Part shown: positions 26,210 through 36,275 of the stretch, in pieces | How positions within the stretch are numbered: the first letter of the stretch is position 1 | Layout of the letters: each line of letters starts with the position of its first letter | Source of the DNA: a virus | Lineage: Duplodnaviria > Caudoviricetes | Strand: one strand, 5' to 3' | IMG/VR virus record: IMGVR_UViG_3300048589_000933 | Location: 1 to 50,782 of that record | DNA: 50,782 bases | Position numbers and translations under genes: made by a program | Notes under the pieces: generated by a model | Database searches by the model: none | Told to the model about the DNA's origin: nothing | Seen by the model: only the letters and a program-made list of their open reading frames with translations

Positions 26210-26536
26210 ATGACCAAGATGACCCCCCGCCGCCGACCGCCCACCCGGTCAGGGAGAGCCCTGGCCGGTGTGGCCGTGTGCGTGCTGGTGCTGCCGCTCA
26301 CGGGGTGCTTCGGTCGCGGCGTACGCGACTGTCCCACCACGCCCGAGATCGTCGAGGTCCCGCGCCGCGTCTACGTGCCGGTGCCGGATGAACTGACGCG
26401 CCCGGCCGATATCGCCGAGCCGCGCAACCGTCGCGTGGGCGAGCTGCGCGACGTGGCCAAGCAGCGCAAGACCGCGCTCGAGGCCGTCAACGCGCGGCTG
26501 GCCGAGATCCGCGCATTGGCACCACCGGAGGAATGA
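26210..26536 (+). CDS. o-spanin lipoprotein (Rz1-like)
   Basis: Lipobox LTGC; Pro-rich VYVPVP.ELT.P. Confidence 0.75.
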   Translation: MTKMTPRRRPPTRSGRALAGVAVCVLVLPLTGCFGRGVRDCPTTPEIVEVPRRVYVPVPDELTRPADIAEPRNRRVGELRDVAKQRKTALEAVNARLAEIRALAPPEE

Positions 26537-26868
26537 CCGTGAACCCGATCAAGTCGCAGTTGCTGCTGTCCGAAGTTCGCGAGAACACTGAGCGCAAGTT
26601 CGGTGCCGCGAACCACGTCTATCCGCAGTGGGTGGAAACGCTCGAGGGCTTCAGGCCGGCGCAGTTCATTCGCAGCGAAGTGGACGCGGCGTTCGAGCGG
26701 GCCCGCAAGAACCCGGAAGACATGCCGCCGCGCTACATCGCGCCGGCGTCCGCCCCGGTTCTGCAGGTTGCCGCTTCGACGAATCGCGTGGCTGCCATCG
26801 CGGTGCTGTCGGCGCTGGTGGCCAGCATCGTGACGGCCGTGCTCATCCTCGAGCTGGTCGCACAGTAA
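26533..26868 (+). CDS. Hypothetical protein with C-terminal TM helix
   Basis: ATGA-coupled; hydrophobic C-terminus. Confidence 0.6.
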   Translation: MTVNPIKSQLLLSEVRENTERKFGAANHVYPQWVETLEGFRPAQFIRSEVDAAFERARKNPEDMPPRYIAPASAPVLQVAASTNRVAAIAVLSALVASIVTAVLILELVAQ

Positions 26869-27203
26869 TGCACAGCAGCTTCGCCACCGAGTTCGACGAC
26901 CTGGCGCATGAGGCGTTTGCCGACGCCGGCATGGGCGCCGGCACCGGTAGCTATCTCGCGCCGGATGCGGATCCGGCTGACGTTGTCACCGGCGTGCGGA
27001 TCTACATTGATCAGGAATCTCAGACCGCTGGCGAGTACGGCCCCGTGTTCGCGAAGCGCGTCATCATCACGCTGATCAACGCCGACGTGCCGAACCCGTC
27101 TGTCGGTGCCCTGGTAACGCTCGGGTCTGACCGCTGGCTGCTGCGTCGGCTCGAAGCGTCCGATAGCAACAGCACGTCGTGGGTTGTTGAGGTGGCGCCG
27201 TGA
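26868..27203 (+). CDS. Head-tail joining (gpFII-like) protein
   Basis: Size, beta-rich pattern and position. Confidence 0.6.
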   Translation: MHSSFATEFDDLAHEAFADAGMGAGTGSYLAPDADPADVVTGVRIYIDQESQTAGEYGPVFAKRVIITLINADVPNPSVGALVTLGSDRWLLRRLEASDSNSTSWVVEVAP

Positions 27204-28729
27204 GCCGCACAGCCATCACATGCGTGCGCGGTGACCGCTGCCGGTTCGGACTGCGGCTGTCTGCTCGCTTCCCTGATGGCATCCCGGCTGACTACGCCAC
27301 GGCGCGCTTCGAAGTGCGCCACATCCCGGATGACACCAGCACGGCGCTCATTGCCGTCGATCAGACATCAGGCATCACCATCGATCACGACGCAGCGCGC
27401 ATCGACGTGACCGTTGGCGCAAGCGTCACCGGTGCAATGCCCGTCATCACCCGCACACGTGAACCGCACGCACGGCTGCGGCTGTTCCATGCCACCGACC
27501 CGGATGCGTCCATCAGCTGGCTGCTGCCCATGGTGCTGCTGCCCAACGGCGCAGTCGCCGATGGGCAGTATCTGCGCCGCGTGGGCGATGAGGTGGTGGG
27601 TGGCACGCCCGCAGTTGGCGAGGGCGCCGCGGAGTGGGGCGGCATCGGCGGTGATTTGCCTGCTCAGACAGACCTGCAGGCCGCCCTGGACGCCAAGGAA
27701 GCGTCTGGTGCCGCCGCCGCGGCGGTTTCTGCGCACGCCGGCGCAGCTGGCGCTCACGAGATCAGTGGCGTCAACGGCTTGTCGAGCGCGCTGGCGTTGC
27801 TGGCGCCACTGGCATCGCCGGCGCTGACCGGCGCCCCGACGGCGCCGACGGCAGCGGGCGGCACGGCCAGCACCCAGCTGGCAACGACGGCTTTCGTGTC
27901 CGCGGCCATCGCTGCGCTGCTCAACAGCGCGCCAGGCGCACTCGACACGCTCGACGAGCTTGCCGCCGCCTTGGGCGACGACCCGGCTTTCGCGACGACG
28001 ATCACGAACGCGCTGGCGGGCAAGTTGGCCAAGGCCAGCAACCTGAGCGACCTGACAGACGCTGCGGCAGCGCTGAACCTGGGCGCGACAACCATCGGCG
28101 GACAGGTGTTCACTGCGGCCAATGCCGGCGCCATCCGGACGCTGCTGGAGCTTGGCGCGGCCGCGCTCCTGGCTGTCGGCACATCAAGCGGCACCGTGAT
28201 GGCCGGCGACGATGCGCACGCGCCCACATCTGACCAGAAAGCGGCGCTCGCCGGCACGAACGGAACGCCGGCAACCGGCAACCGCTACGTGACCGACAGC
28301 GACGCGCGCAACACGAACGCCCGCACGCCGACGAGTCACGGCAGCGGCCACGGCTATGCCGGCGGCGACCCAGCCAGCGGCCTGCGCAGCGACCAGATGC
28401 CGCGCGCCAACGTCGTCACCGAGTCCACCACCGCGCGCACGATAACGCACACCGACGACACCAACACCGACGCCGGGAAGGTCATTCGATGCACGAATGC
28501 GTCCGGCTGTGTCGTGACCTTCCCGGCCTCGCTGCCGGTCGGTGCCGCGGGGTCGCTCCTGCAGGCGGTCGGGGCGGGGCCCATCGAATGGGCGGTGTCC
28601 GGCTCAATGGTCGCCACGCCGGCCGGTGACGCGCGCGCGGCGCACACCGAGAGCGGCGGCGAAGGCGCAACGATCCATTGGCTTGTCGATGTCGCCAATA
28701 GCGTCATCATCGACGGGCAGACGGCATGA
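27200..28729 (+). CDS. Fibre protein (tail-fibre repeats, baseplate-upper-like N-terminus)
   Basis: APLASPALTGAPTAPT..., APGALDTLDELAAALGDDPAFATTITNALAGK, SNLSDL..A motifs. Confidence 0.8.
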   Translation: MSRTAITCVRGDRCRFGLRLSARFPDGIPADYATARFEVRHIPDDTSTALIAVDQTSGITIDHDAARIDVTVGASVTGAMPVITRTREPHARLRLFHATDPDASISWLLPMVLLPNGAVADGQYLRRVGDEVVGGTPAVGEGAAEWGGIGGDLPAQTDLQAALDAKEASGAAAAAVSAHAGAAGAHEISGVNGLSSALALLAPLASPALTGAPTAPTAAGGTASTQLATTAFVSAAIAALLNSAPGALDTLDELAAALGDDPAFATTITNALAGKLAKASNLSDLTDAAAALNLGATTIGGQVFTAANAGAIRTLLELGAAALLAVGTSSGTVMAGDDAHAPTSDQKAALAGTNGTPATGNRYVTDSDARNTNARTPTSHGSGHGYAGGDPASGLRSDQMPRANVVTESTTARTITHTDDTNTDAGKVIRCTNASGCVVTFPASLPVGAAGSLLQAVGAGPIEWAVSGSMVATPAGDARAAHTESGGEGATIHWLVDVANSVIIDGQTA

Positions 28730-29385
28730 TCCAGCATCCCACCATGAGGCTTGGTCGCTCGCTGATTGATGCAGCGGCTTCTCCCACGCTGCCCATAGAG
28801 TCATTCGTTACCGATGCCGTGAATGATCCAACCGTCACGTGGTCGGGCACGCCAGCCGTCGGCGAGCTGCTGTTCGCCATGCAACTGTCGCGCTTGGGCT
28901 CGACGCCTACGCACACAACCCCCTCTGGCTGGGGAGTATTCGTTGAGTCTACTTCCAGCAATTGTAGGGTCACGGTTTACACCAAGGTGGCTGGCGCGTC
29001 AGAGCCAACATCCTTCTCCCTGCAAAGCTCCGCGACGATTCTGCATTGCACGTATGCCGCGAGGTTCCCTGTTGGGTCGGTGGCTGAGTCAAGCGGTAGC
29101 AATACATCAAGCTCAGCGCTTGCTCTGAAAGTATCAAACGCACCAATCGAAGTTTCGGCGGGTGCGTTTGTTATCGCCGCGATAGCCATGAACAGCAGCG
29201 TCAGGGCGGACTTTGCATTCGACAACCCGCCGTATGACTTTGAGCTGCTGAAAGATGCTGCAAGTGGCAACTTTGAAGCCGCAATCGCGTCGAGAAATTA
29301 CGATGCTGGCGGAACAATCGACCCTGAGTTTTCTTCGACAGGGACAGCCCAGAATATTTGTTCGGGCATAGCGAGCATCAGATGA
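28726..29385 (+). CDS. Beta-rich fibre-associated protein, lower GC
   Basis: TTPSGW...YTKVAGASEP pattern; A/T-ending codons more frequent than in the flanks. Confidence 0.65.
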   Translation: MIQHPTMRLGRSLIDAAASPTLPIESFVTDAVNDPTVTWSGTPAVGELLFAMQLSRLGSTPTHTTPSGWGVFVESTSSNCRVTVYTKVAGASEPTSFSLQSSATILHCTYAARFPVGSVAESSGSNTSSSALALKVSNAPIEVSAGAFVIAAIAMNSSVRADFAFDNPPYDFELLKDAASGNFEAAIASRNYDAGGTIDPEFSSTGTAQNICSGIASIR

Positions 29386-29969
29386 TCGTCCACCATACGA
29401 CGGGCATTCCCGCCGCAATCCGCGACATCCTGCGCACCCACTCCCGCATCGTCGCCGACGGCTCGCTGCTGATCGGCACCCTCGACGCACAAGGCAAGGG
29501 CTACCGCACGCGCTGGGCAGACACGACGGCGCCCACAGACGCCGAGCTGCGCAGCATCGGCTACAGCTACACGGTCGACACTGAGCAGCCGACGCCTGCC
29601 GAGGGCGAGCAGGTGCGCGCTGGGCCGCTGGAGCTTGTCGAAGACGCCTGGCGGCAGACGTGGATCGTCGAGCCGATCCCGCCTCCGCCGGTGCCGGAGT
29701 CTGTCTACGGACACAAGATGCGCGCGGAGTTGCGCAGCCGCATGTTCGGCGAGCAGACGCTGATGGCCGTTGTGCTGGCAATGGCCAACCAGATGCCCGA
29801 ACAGCCGAGCGCGCCGGGTGGCCTGGCGCGCGCGGATGTGCTCGATGCGCTGCACGGGCCTGTGTTTCACCACGACTCGCTGACCATTGCCGCGTTCGCC
29901 TCGCTGCTGGGCTTGGATCAGGCCTATATCGACGGTCTGTTCATCGCTGCTGACGCGAGGCAGTTTTGA
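29382..29969 (+). CDS. Tail fibre assembly-like protein
   Basis: W.QTW.V..IP.P.VPESV and LGL....IDGLFI.A motifs. Confidence 0.65.
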   Translation: MIVHHTTGIPAAIRDILRTHSRIVADGSLLIGTLDAQGKGYRTRWADTTAPTDAELRSIGYSYTVDTEQPTPAEGEQVRAGPLELVEDAWRQTWIVEPIPPPPVPESVYGHKMRAELRSRMFGEQTLMAVVLAMANQMPEQPSAPGGLARADVLDALHGPVFHHDSLTIAAFASLLGLDQAYIDGLFIAADARQF

Positions 29970-30448
29970 TGAGCCGCCAGGAACCTCTCACCTGGCGCGC
30001 GCTCGAGGCGATCAAGGCCCTGGTTCAGCGCGTTCGCGCGGCCGATGGCTACTACACCGACCTCGGCAGCAATGTGAGCCTCGAAGCGCCATCGGCGGAT
30101 GCGAATGTCGAGCGCGTGGTGATCGTCAGCCCGACGGACGATCTCAGCGACGCGCGCGCATCGCGCGGTCTGCGTGGCCCGGGCGCGATCAGCGGCACGA
30201 TGACGGTGGTAGTCGAGTACTCGATCCCAGCCACGCGCACCGATGCGATGCGCCAGGCGCACCGCGGTCGCGCGGATCTGGTGCGGGTGTTGCGCGACGA
30301 CCCCGCGCTGCTGCCCGCGCGCATCACGTCGCTGACGATCACTGGCCGGCAGATTCTGCAGCCCGAAGACATGCCCTGCGTCATCACCCAAATCACGCTG
30401 AGCGTGGGCCTGTCTGAGCCCACGCCGGCGCCGCAGCTCACCCCCTAG
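29969..30448 (+). CDS. Tail terminator-like protein
   Basis: VRAADGYYTDLG motif; precedes the tube gene. Confidence 0.7.
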   Translation: MSRQEPLTWRALEAIKALVQRVRAADGYYTDLGSNVSLEAPSADANVERVVIVSPTDDLSDARASRGLRGPGAISGTMTVVVEYSIPATRTDAMRQAHRGRADLVRVLRDDPALLPARITSLTITGRQILQPEDMPCVITQITLSVGLSEPTPAPQLTP

Positions 30449-30484
30449 CTCGCATTCGCGAGCACCCACCGCCAGGAGAACACC

Positions 30485-31288
30485 ATGGCCGCTCCAAAAG
30501 TTCGTCAATTCGCCGGTGACATCCGGTTCTGGGAGAAAGATTCCGATGGCAATCTGACCCCCGTCATCCCCGAGGCTGCCGACGCATCGGGCAATCAGCC
30601 GCTGGAAGTCGACGCGCTCACCTTCAGCTATGAGGCCGGCGAAGAGATCAACGTCGTGAGCAAGCGCCGCGATGCGCGCTACAACCAGCCCATCCACAAC
30701 GAGACGCTGCCGGGCACGACCAACGTCAGCGTGGGAACGCTCGAGGTGCCGCCGCTCATCCTGGCGCGCATGCTGTACGGCGAAGGCACGACTGCCACGG
30801 TGGCCGGCGGCACGGCCACCGCTGCGGCGTTCACGCTTCCGGCCAACATCGACGCACCGGTCCAACTGCCCCATCGGTTGTTGACCGATGCCACGGCCAC
30901 GGTCACCAACAACGCAGCTGACGTGACGTACGTTGCCGGCACGGACTACATCCTCGACCGCCGGCGCGGGCAGATCATCATTCCGGCGACCGGCTCTGCC
31001 ATTGTGGCCGGCCAGGTGATCAAGCTCACCTACACGTACGCCTCGCACGTGAAGACCGACATCGTCGGCGGTGCAACGCCCACCAAGGCGTTCTACATCA
31101 CTGGCGACATGCAGGACCGCATCTCTGAGGAGAACGGTGAGCTGCGCATCCCGCAGGCCAATCTCACCACGGATGGTGATGTGGACTGGCTGGCGGCCGA
31201 GCCGATCAAGGTCACGCTCACCGGCCCGTGCGTCGTCGCCGACGGCGAGTCTGCGCCCTACACGTTCACTGCCTACAAGGCCAGCTGA
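30485..31288 (+). CDS. Major tail tube protein
   Basis: Strong AGGAG RBS; GTDYILD...GQI insert; position before the tape measure gene. Confidence 0.75.
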   Translation: MAAPKVRQFAGDIRFWEKDSDGNLTPVIPEAADASGNQPLEVDALTFSYEAGEEINVVSKRRDARYNQPIHNETLPGTTNVSVGTLEVPPLILARMLYGEGTTATVAGGTATAAAFTLPANIDAPVQLPHRLLTDATATVTNNAADVTYVAGTDYILDRRRGQIIIPATGSAIVAGQVIKLTYTYASHVKTDIVGGATPTKAFYITGDMQDRISEENGELRIPQANLTTDGDVDWLAAEPIKVTLTGPCVVADGESAPYTFTAYKAS

Positions 31289-31319
31289 CCCCGGCCTGAG
31301 CGCCACCGCGTAGCACCCA

Positions 31320-31348
31320 CGCTGCGGCCTCGCACTGAGGCCGCAGCG
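31320..31348. terminator. 12-bp hairpin after the tube gene (attenuator or mRNA stabiliser)
   Basis: CGCTGCGGCCTC-GCACT-GAGGCCGCAGCG; no U-tract. Confidence 0.45.
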
Positions 31349-31363
31349 CACACCGAGGCCCCA

Positions 31364-31942
31364 ATGGCAAACGACCGTCGAAACTCCAGCCGCACCGACA
31401 CGTCGGCGATCAACCGCGCCCTGGCGCGCGTGCTGGGCGTCAAGAGAGGCGTGGAGGCCGCGCGCAAGAAAGCGATCGCCAGCGTCGGCCGCAAGCTCAA
31501 AACCGAAACCTCGCGCGCCGTGTCTGACCTGCAGCTCAATGCCGCTGCCCGGTCGCTGGTGCCCTACCTGCAGACGTCGACCGACCCCGATGGCGTCACC
31601 GTGTCGGCCAGCGGCACACGCCTGCCCATCAAACTGTTCAAGCCGCGCGTGAGCAAGACCACCGGCGTGCGCGTCAAGATTTGGCATGAGCGCGGCGAGG
31701 AGCACTGGCCGATCGCGTTCAAGCATGACGGCAACATCAAGCAGCGCGTGGGCCGCTCGCGCCTACCCATCACCACGCGCGTGGGGCCGTCGCTGTCGCG
31801 CGCCCTGGGCAGCGTGCGCACCGGCAACTCGCGCACCCTTGCCGCCGGCCCCGGCCGCGAGAAGGTGGTCGATCGGCTGAAGGGATTCGCGCAGCAGACG
31901 CTCTCCGATGAGCTGGCGCGCCTGAAAAAGGCGGGCTTCTGA
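31364..31942 (+). CDS. Minor tail protein (gpZ-like)
   Basis: Basic protein; R.GR.RLPI....GPS motif. Confidence 0.7.
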   Translation: MANDRRNSSRTDTSAINRALARVLGVKRGVEAARKKAIASVGRKLKTETSRAVSDLQLNAAARSLVPYLQTSTDPDGVTVSASGTRLPIKLFKPRVSKTTGVRVKIWHERGEEHWPIAFKHDGNIKQRVGRSRLPITTRVGPSLSRALGSVRTGNSRTLAAGPGREKVVDRLKGFAQQTLSDELARLKKAGF

Positions 31943-34900
31943 TGGCCGCCAATTTTGAGGAAGTCATCCGCCTGGTGCTGGAAGCCGCTGGCGAGAAAGA
32001 CGTTGCCAAGCTGCAAACTGCGCTGACCGATCTAGTCAAGACTGGCGACCTCACCGAGGACCAGCTCGCCGGTCTGTCGGAAGCGATGCGCGACTTCGGT
32101 GCCGCCGCGGCGGTCACCGATGGCGTCAAGCAAGCCATCGACACGTATGCCGCGCTGGCCGCCAAACAAGGCGAGCTGGCCGATGCGGCCGAAGCCGCTG
32201 GCCTGCGCCTGAAGCTGGCCAGCGAAGCCGAAGCCGGCGCCGCAGCGGTGCTCCGCGAGAAGCAACAGGCCGTCGAGCAGCTGGTGGCCGCGCAAAAGGA
32301 ATACCGCGACAGCAACGATGCCACGCGCGACGGGCTGAAGGAGTTCGCAAAGCAGGTACGCGAGGCGAAGGACGCGCAAGCCGAGGCCAAGAAGGAATAC
32401 CGCGACAGCGCCTCATCGCTCGATGCCGCCACCAAGGGCTACGAAAGCGCTGCGACCGCGCAGCAACGCCTGGCCGACGGCATCGACCGCGCCGCCACCA
32501 CCATCCGCGCCGCCGGCGAGAGCACGGATGATCTGGTGGGCGCGCAAGAGCGGCTGGATGCATCGGCGAAGGCCGCGGCGGCGGGCATCGCTGAGCTGGT
32601 CACGAAGGCCAAGGCCACCGCCGACGCCACGCGCTCTGTGCGCGAGCGGCTTGATGAGCAGGACGAAGCGTTCCGGCGCCAGGCAGCCGCCAGCAAGACG
32701 TCGGCCGATGCGCTGGCCGCGTACCAGCAGCGAGCGAAGGCCGCGGCGGATGAGTCCGCCAACCTGGGCGAGGAGGCCTCGAAGACCGGCGGCGTGCTGG
32801 ACAAGCTGAAGGGCATCGCAGCCGGCGTGTTCGCGTTTTTCAGCGTCGACAAGGCCATTGACGGGATCAAGTCGATCTTCGCCGAGGCCTCGGAGGCAGA
32901 GCAGTCGCTCGCCCAGCTGGACGCCGCGCTGGCGTCCACCGGCCGGCAGGCCGAGTTCAGCGCTGACCAGCTACAGGAAATGGCCACGGCGCTGCGTGAC
33001 AGCAGCAACTTCAGCGACGACCAAATCCAGAGCGCGCAAACGCGCCTGCTGAGCTACGTCAACATCGTTGGCGAGCAGTTCCCGGCCGCGCTGCAGATCT
33101 CCATCGACCAGGCCGCGCGCCTGGGCATCAGCGTGGAGTCGTCGGCCGAGATCGTTGGCAAGGCGCTGCAGACGCCATCGAAGGCGATGGAGGGCCTGGC
33201 CAAGCAGGGCTTCGTGCTCGATGCGGGTCAGCGCGATCTGCTCAAGACGCTGGAAGCCACCGGCCGCACGGCCGAGGCGCAGGCGATCATTCTGGATCTG
33301 CTGGTGGAGTCCTACGGCGGCGCCGCGGCGGCGCAGAAACTCGGTACGGCGGCAGGTCTCTACAAGGCGCTGCAGGACCAGATCGACGATTTCAAGCAGA
33401 GCATCGCCGATGCCGGCGTGTTTGACTTCTTCAAGTCGCGGCTCGCCGCGCTGACCGAGCAGGTGCGTGCAGCGGCGGCAGATGGCTCGTTGCTTGAGTA
33501 TGCGCGGAAGATCTCGGACGGCATTGTCGCAACGGCCAAAGCGGTCGAGGGCGCAGTCGTATTTGTGGTGCGCTACAGCGATGCGCTGATTCAGCTGGCT
33601 AAGGCGTATCTGGCCATCAAGTTCGCCGCGTTCCTGCAGGGCATGGCGCAGAGCGCAGTGCGGATGTACGAGGCGGGGCGTGCGGCGGCAGCGGCGGCGA
33701 CGCAGGTCGGCGGGCTTCGTGGTGCGCTGGCCAGCGTGCCGGCGAACATCAAGATTGCCATTGCTCTCATCGCGATCGAGTATGTTCTTGGAAAGCTGGT
33801 TGAGCTCAAGGACGCCATCGATGAGCTGCGGGCGGTGCAGGCCCAGCAGGTGGAGTCGAACAGAGCGCTCAGTGATGCTCAGATTCAGCTGCGGAAGAAC
33901 TTGGATGCAACGCTTGCGGTACTGGGCAAGTACCGCGACACAGCCATCAGTACTCGCGAAGAGACCGACAAGCTTACCGACCGCGAGTTGAAGAGCTACC
34001 AGGAGCGGCTTGAGGCTGCTCGTCGCTACTACAGTGCGGTAGAGATCAGCGCGAGGCGCGCTGGAGATGCCGCTACGTCGGCACTCGCGGCGGAAAGAGT
34101 TCGCGAGTACCTGGCAGAGATTGCGCGCATTAAGGCAATCTTTGACGGGATTGCCGCCAGCACGAAGGCCGCCGAGGACGCGCAACTCCAGTTCCGCCAG
34201 GCTCTTCGAGATCTCGGCGTGGACGCCCAGAACGCCGGTGATGAAGTCACCGAGGCAGGTCGGAAGATCCTCACCAACTTCGAGCTGGTGGCCAACGGCG
34301 CGAAAGCATCGGCCCAGCAGATCGGCGCCGCCTATGCTCGTGCCATTGACCAGGTGCAAACGACGGCCGAAGTCGACGAGCTGGCGCAGTCGCTGCGGGT
34401 GGCGTTTGAGTCCGGAAAGATCAGTGCGGCGGAGTATGCCGAGGGCGCAGAAGTCGCCGCCGCGCGAACGCGGGAGATCAAGGCCGCGGCCGTGGAGGCG
34501 GCCGGCGGCTTTGGGACGCTGAAGCAATCCAGCGCGGATGCCGCCCATGCGCTGATCGCCAACTGGACGACGGCGCGCGACACGCTGGTGGTGCAGTCGG
34601 CCCAGATCGCAGCGGCCATTGCCGATGCGCTCAAGCGTGGCGTGGCACAGGGCAGCGAAGAGATGAAGGGCTTGCTGGGGAAGTCCAGTGAAGTCGAGGC
34701 CGGCATTCGTGCGCTTAACGAGCGCATCGCCAACGCACAGAAGGGCCTGGAAGGAACCAAGGACCCGGTAGACGCGTTGGCTGACAGCATCGGCGCGCTT
34801 GGGGCGGCAGGCACCGAGGCCGGCGATGGGGCCGAGCGTGCGGCGGCTGGCGTCAAGCGGGTGGGCGACGAAGCCAAGGCATCCGGCGGTGCGGCGCAAG

Positions 34901-35853
34901 TCTTCGCGAGTTTCCTGGGCGACCTGACGGCCGAGTTTGCTGCCGTCAGTGACGCCGCGCGCGAGTACTTTGTCGATCAGCAGATTGGCATGACCCGTGC
35001 GGTGGGCACGCTCAGCGAGTACCTCGCTGCGACGCGGGCGGCAGCCGATGCCACCCGCATGGCCATCGCCGAGCAACGCCGCTCCCTGGAGGAAAACACT
35101 GTCGGCATCCAGCGGTTGGTGGATGCAAGCGAGAGTGGCTTTGACGCGGTGGGCCGCGCCATTGGCAACACCGCGCTGGACATGCAGCAGCTGGAACGCG
35201 TGGCGAGCCAGGGGGTGGCGCAGTTCTCGCTGCTCAATGATTCGGACCTCAGCCGGCTGCAGGCGCAGATCGATCGCGCCAAGGGCCGGCTGCAGGCGCT
35301 GCAGGACCAGGCACTCTCGGCGCAGGAGGAGCTGGGCTCGCTGGGCGACAGCCTGCAGGCCGCGTTGGACCGGCGCGCGGGCGACGAAAGCGCGGTGCGT
35401 GAGCGGGAGTTCGCGCGCGAGCTGGAGCGCATCAAGGAGCTCGCCGATGCGGGGGGTGCCGGTGCGCGCGATGCTGCGAACCGCGCACGCGAGCTGGCCA
35501 AGCGCAACTTCGACGCCGACATCGAAGAGATCAACCAGCGCCGCGCCGCCGAGGCATTACGCGCACAGGAGGAGGCTGCTGCGCAGCAAGAGCGCCTGGC
35601 GCGCATCGAAGAAGAGTCCCGCGCCCGCGAGGCGGCCGCGCGGGAGGGTGAAGCGCGGCGCGCCGGCTTTGAGAACCAGACCGCGACCGTGCGATCTGAG
35701 GTTACGGTGAATGTGCGCCTGCAAGACACCGTGACGACACAGGTCTCCGGCGAAGGCCTGACAACGCAGCAGGCGCGCGAGCTGTGGCGCGTGCTGGGCC
35801 CGGTGGTCATCGAAGAGCTGCGCCGCGAGCGCTCATTGAAAGGGGGTGGATGA
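31942..35853 (+). CDS. Tape measure protein (1303 aa)
   Basis: Long Ala-rich helical ORF with GKALQTP...L.KQG...AQ.IIL..L...YGGAA TMP motif. Confidence 0.92.
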   Translation: MAANFEEVIRLVLEAAGEKDVAKLQTALTDLVKTGDLTEDQLAGLSEAMRDFGAAAAVTDGVKQAIDTYAALAAKQGELADAAEAAGLRLKLASEAEAGAAAVLREKQQAVEQLVAAQKEYRDSNDATRDGLKEFAKQVREAKDAQAEAKKEYRDSASSLDAATKGYESAATAQQRLADGIDRAATTIRAAGESTDDLVGAQERLDASAKAAAAGIAELVTKAKATADATRSVRERLDEQDEAFRRQAAASKTSADALAAYQQRAKAAADESANLGEEASKTGGVLDKLKGIAAGVFAFFSVDKAIDGIKSIFAEASEAEQSLAQLDAALASTGRQAEFSADQLQEMATALRDSSNFSDDQIQSAQTRLLSYVNIVGEQFPAALQISIDQAARLGISVESSAEIVGKALQTPSKAMEGLAKQGFVLDAGQRDLLKTLEATGRTAEAQAIILDLLVESYGGAAAAQKLGTAAGLYKALQDQIDDFKQSIADAGVFDFFKSRLAALTEQVRAAAADGSLLEYARKISDGIVATAKAVEGAVVFVVRYSDALIQLAKAYLAIKFAAFLQGMAQSAVRMYEAGRAAAAAATQVGGLRGALASVPANIKIAIALIAIEYVLGKLVELKDAIDELRAVQAQQVESNRALSDAQIQLRKNLDATLAVLGKYRDTAISTREETDKLTDRELKSYQERLEAARRYYSAVEISARRAGDAATSALAAERVREYLAEIARIKAIFDGIAASTKAAEDAQLQFRQALRDLGVDAQNAGDEVTEAGRKILTNFELVANGAKASAQQIGAAYARAIDQVQTTAEVDELAQSLRVAFESGKISAAEYAEGAEVAAARTREIKAAAVEAAGGFGTLKQSSADAAHALIANWTTARDTLVVQSAQIAAAIADALKRGVAQGSEEMKGLLGKSSEVEAGIRALNERIANAQKGLEGTKDPVDALADSIGALGAAGTEAGDGAERAAAGVKRVGDEAKASGGAAQVFASFLGDLTAEFAAVSDAAREYFVDQQIGMTRAVGTLSEYLAATRAAADATRMAIAEQRRSLEENTVGIQRLVDASESGFDAVGRAIGNTALDMQQLERVASQGVAQFSLLNDSDLSRLQAQIDRAKGRLQALQDQALSAQEELGSLGDSLQAALDRRAGDESAVREREFARELERIKELADAGGAGARDAANRARELAKRNFDADIEEINQRRAAEALRAQEEAAAQQERLARIEEESRAREAAAREGEARRAGFENQTATVRSEVTVNVRLQDTVTTQVSGEGLTTQQARELWRVLGPVVIEELRRERSLKGGG

Positions 35854-36275
35854 TGCCACTGACCATCGGCGGCCTGACGCTGTCTGGCGTCGCCGGCAGC
35901 GGCGAGGATCTGCGCTGGATCGATGAGTTTGCCGACGGCTCGGATCTGGTTGGCCAGTCTGAGCGCGTGACCATTACCGGTGCGCTGGTGATTCAGGCCA
36001 GCGCGCAGCAAAGCGGCCGCCGCATGACGCTCGAGGGTGGCAATGACGCCGGCGAGTACTTCGGCGTGATCACCCGCGCGGAGGTCGAGGCTCTTCGCGA
36101 ACTGGCCGCCGAGCCAGGCGAGATCTACGAGGTGGTACTGCCCGATGGCCGCGAGTTCGAGGCGGTGTTCAGCCGCGCGAGCGGTCCGGCGGTTGAGGCC
36201 TCGCCGCTGCGTCACATCGTGCCGCACCAAGCGGCTGACCTGTACATCCCCACACTACGACTGGTACTGCTCTGA
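35850..36275 (+). CDS. Distal tail protein
   Basis: W.DEF, TITGALVIQ....GR.MTL motif; follows the tape measure gene. Confidence 0.7.
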   Translation: MMPLTIGGLTLSGVAGSGEDLRWIDEFADGSDLVGQSERVTITGALVIQASAQQSGRRMTLEGGNDAGEYFGVITRAEVEALRELAAEPGEIYEVVLPDGREFEAVFSRASGPAVEASPLRHIVPHQAADLYIPTLRLVLL

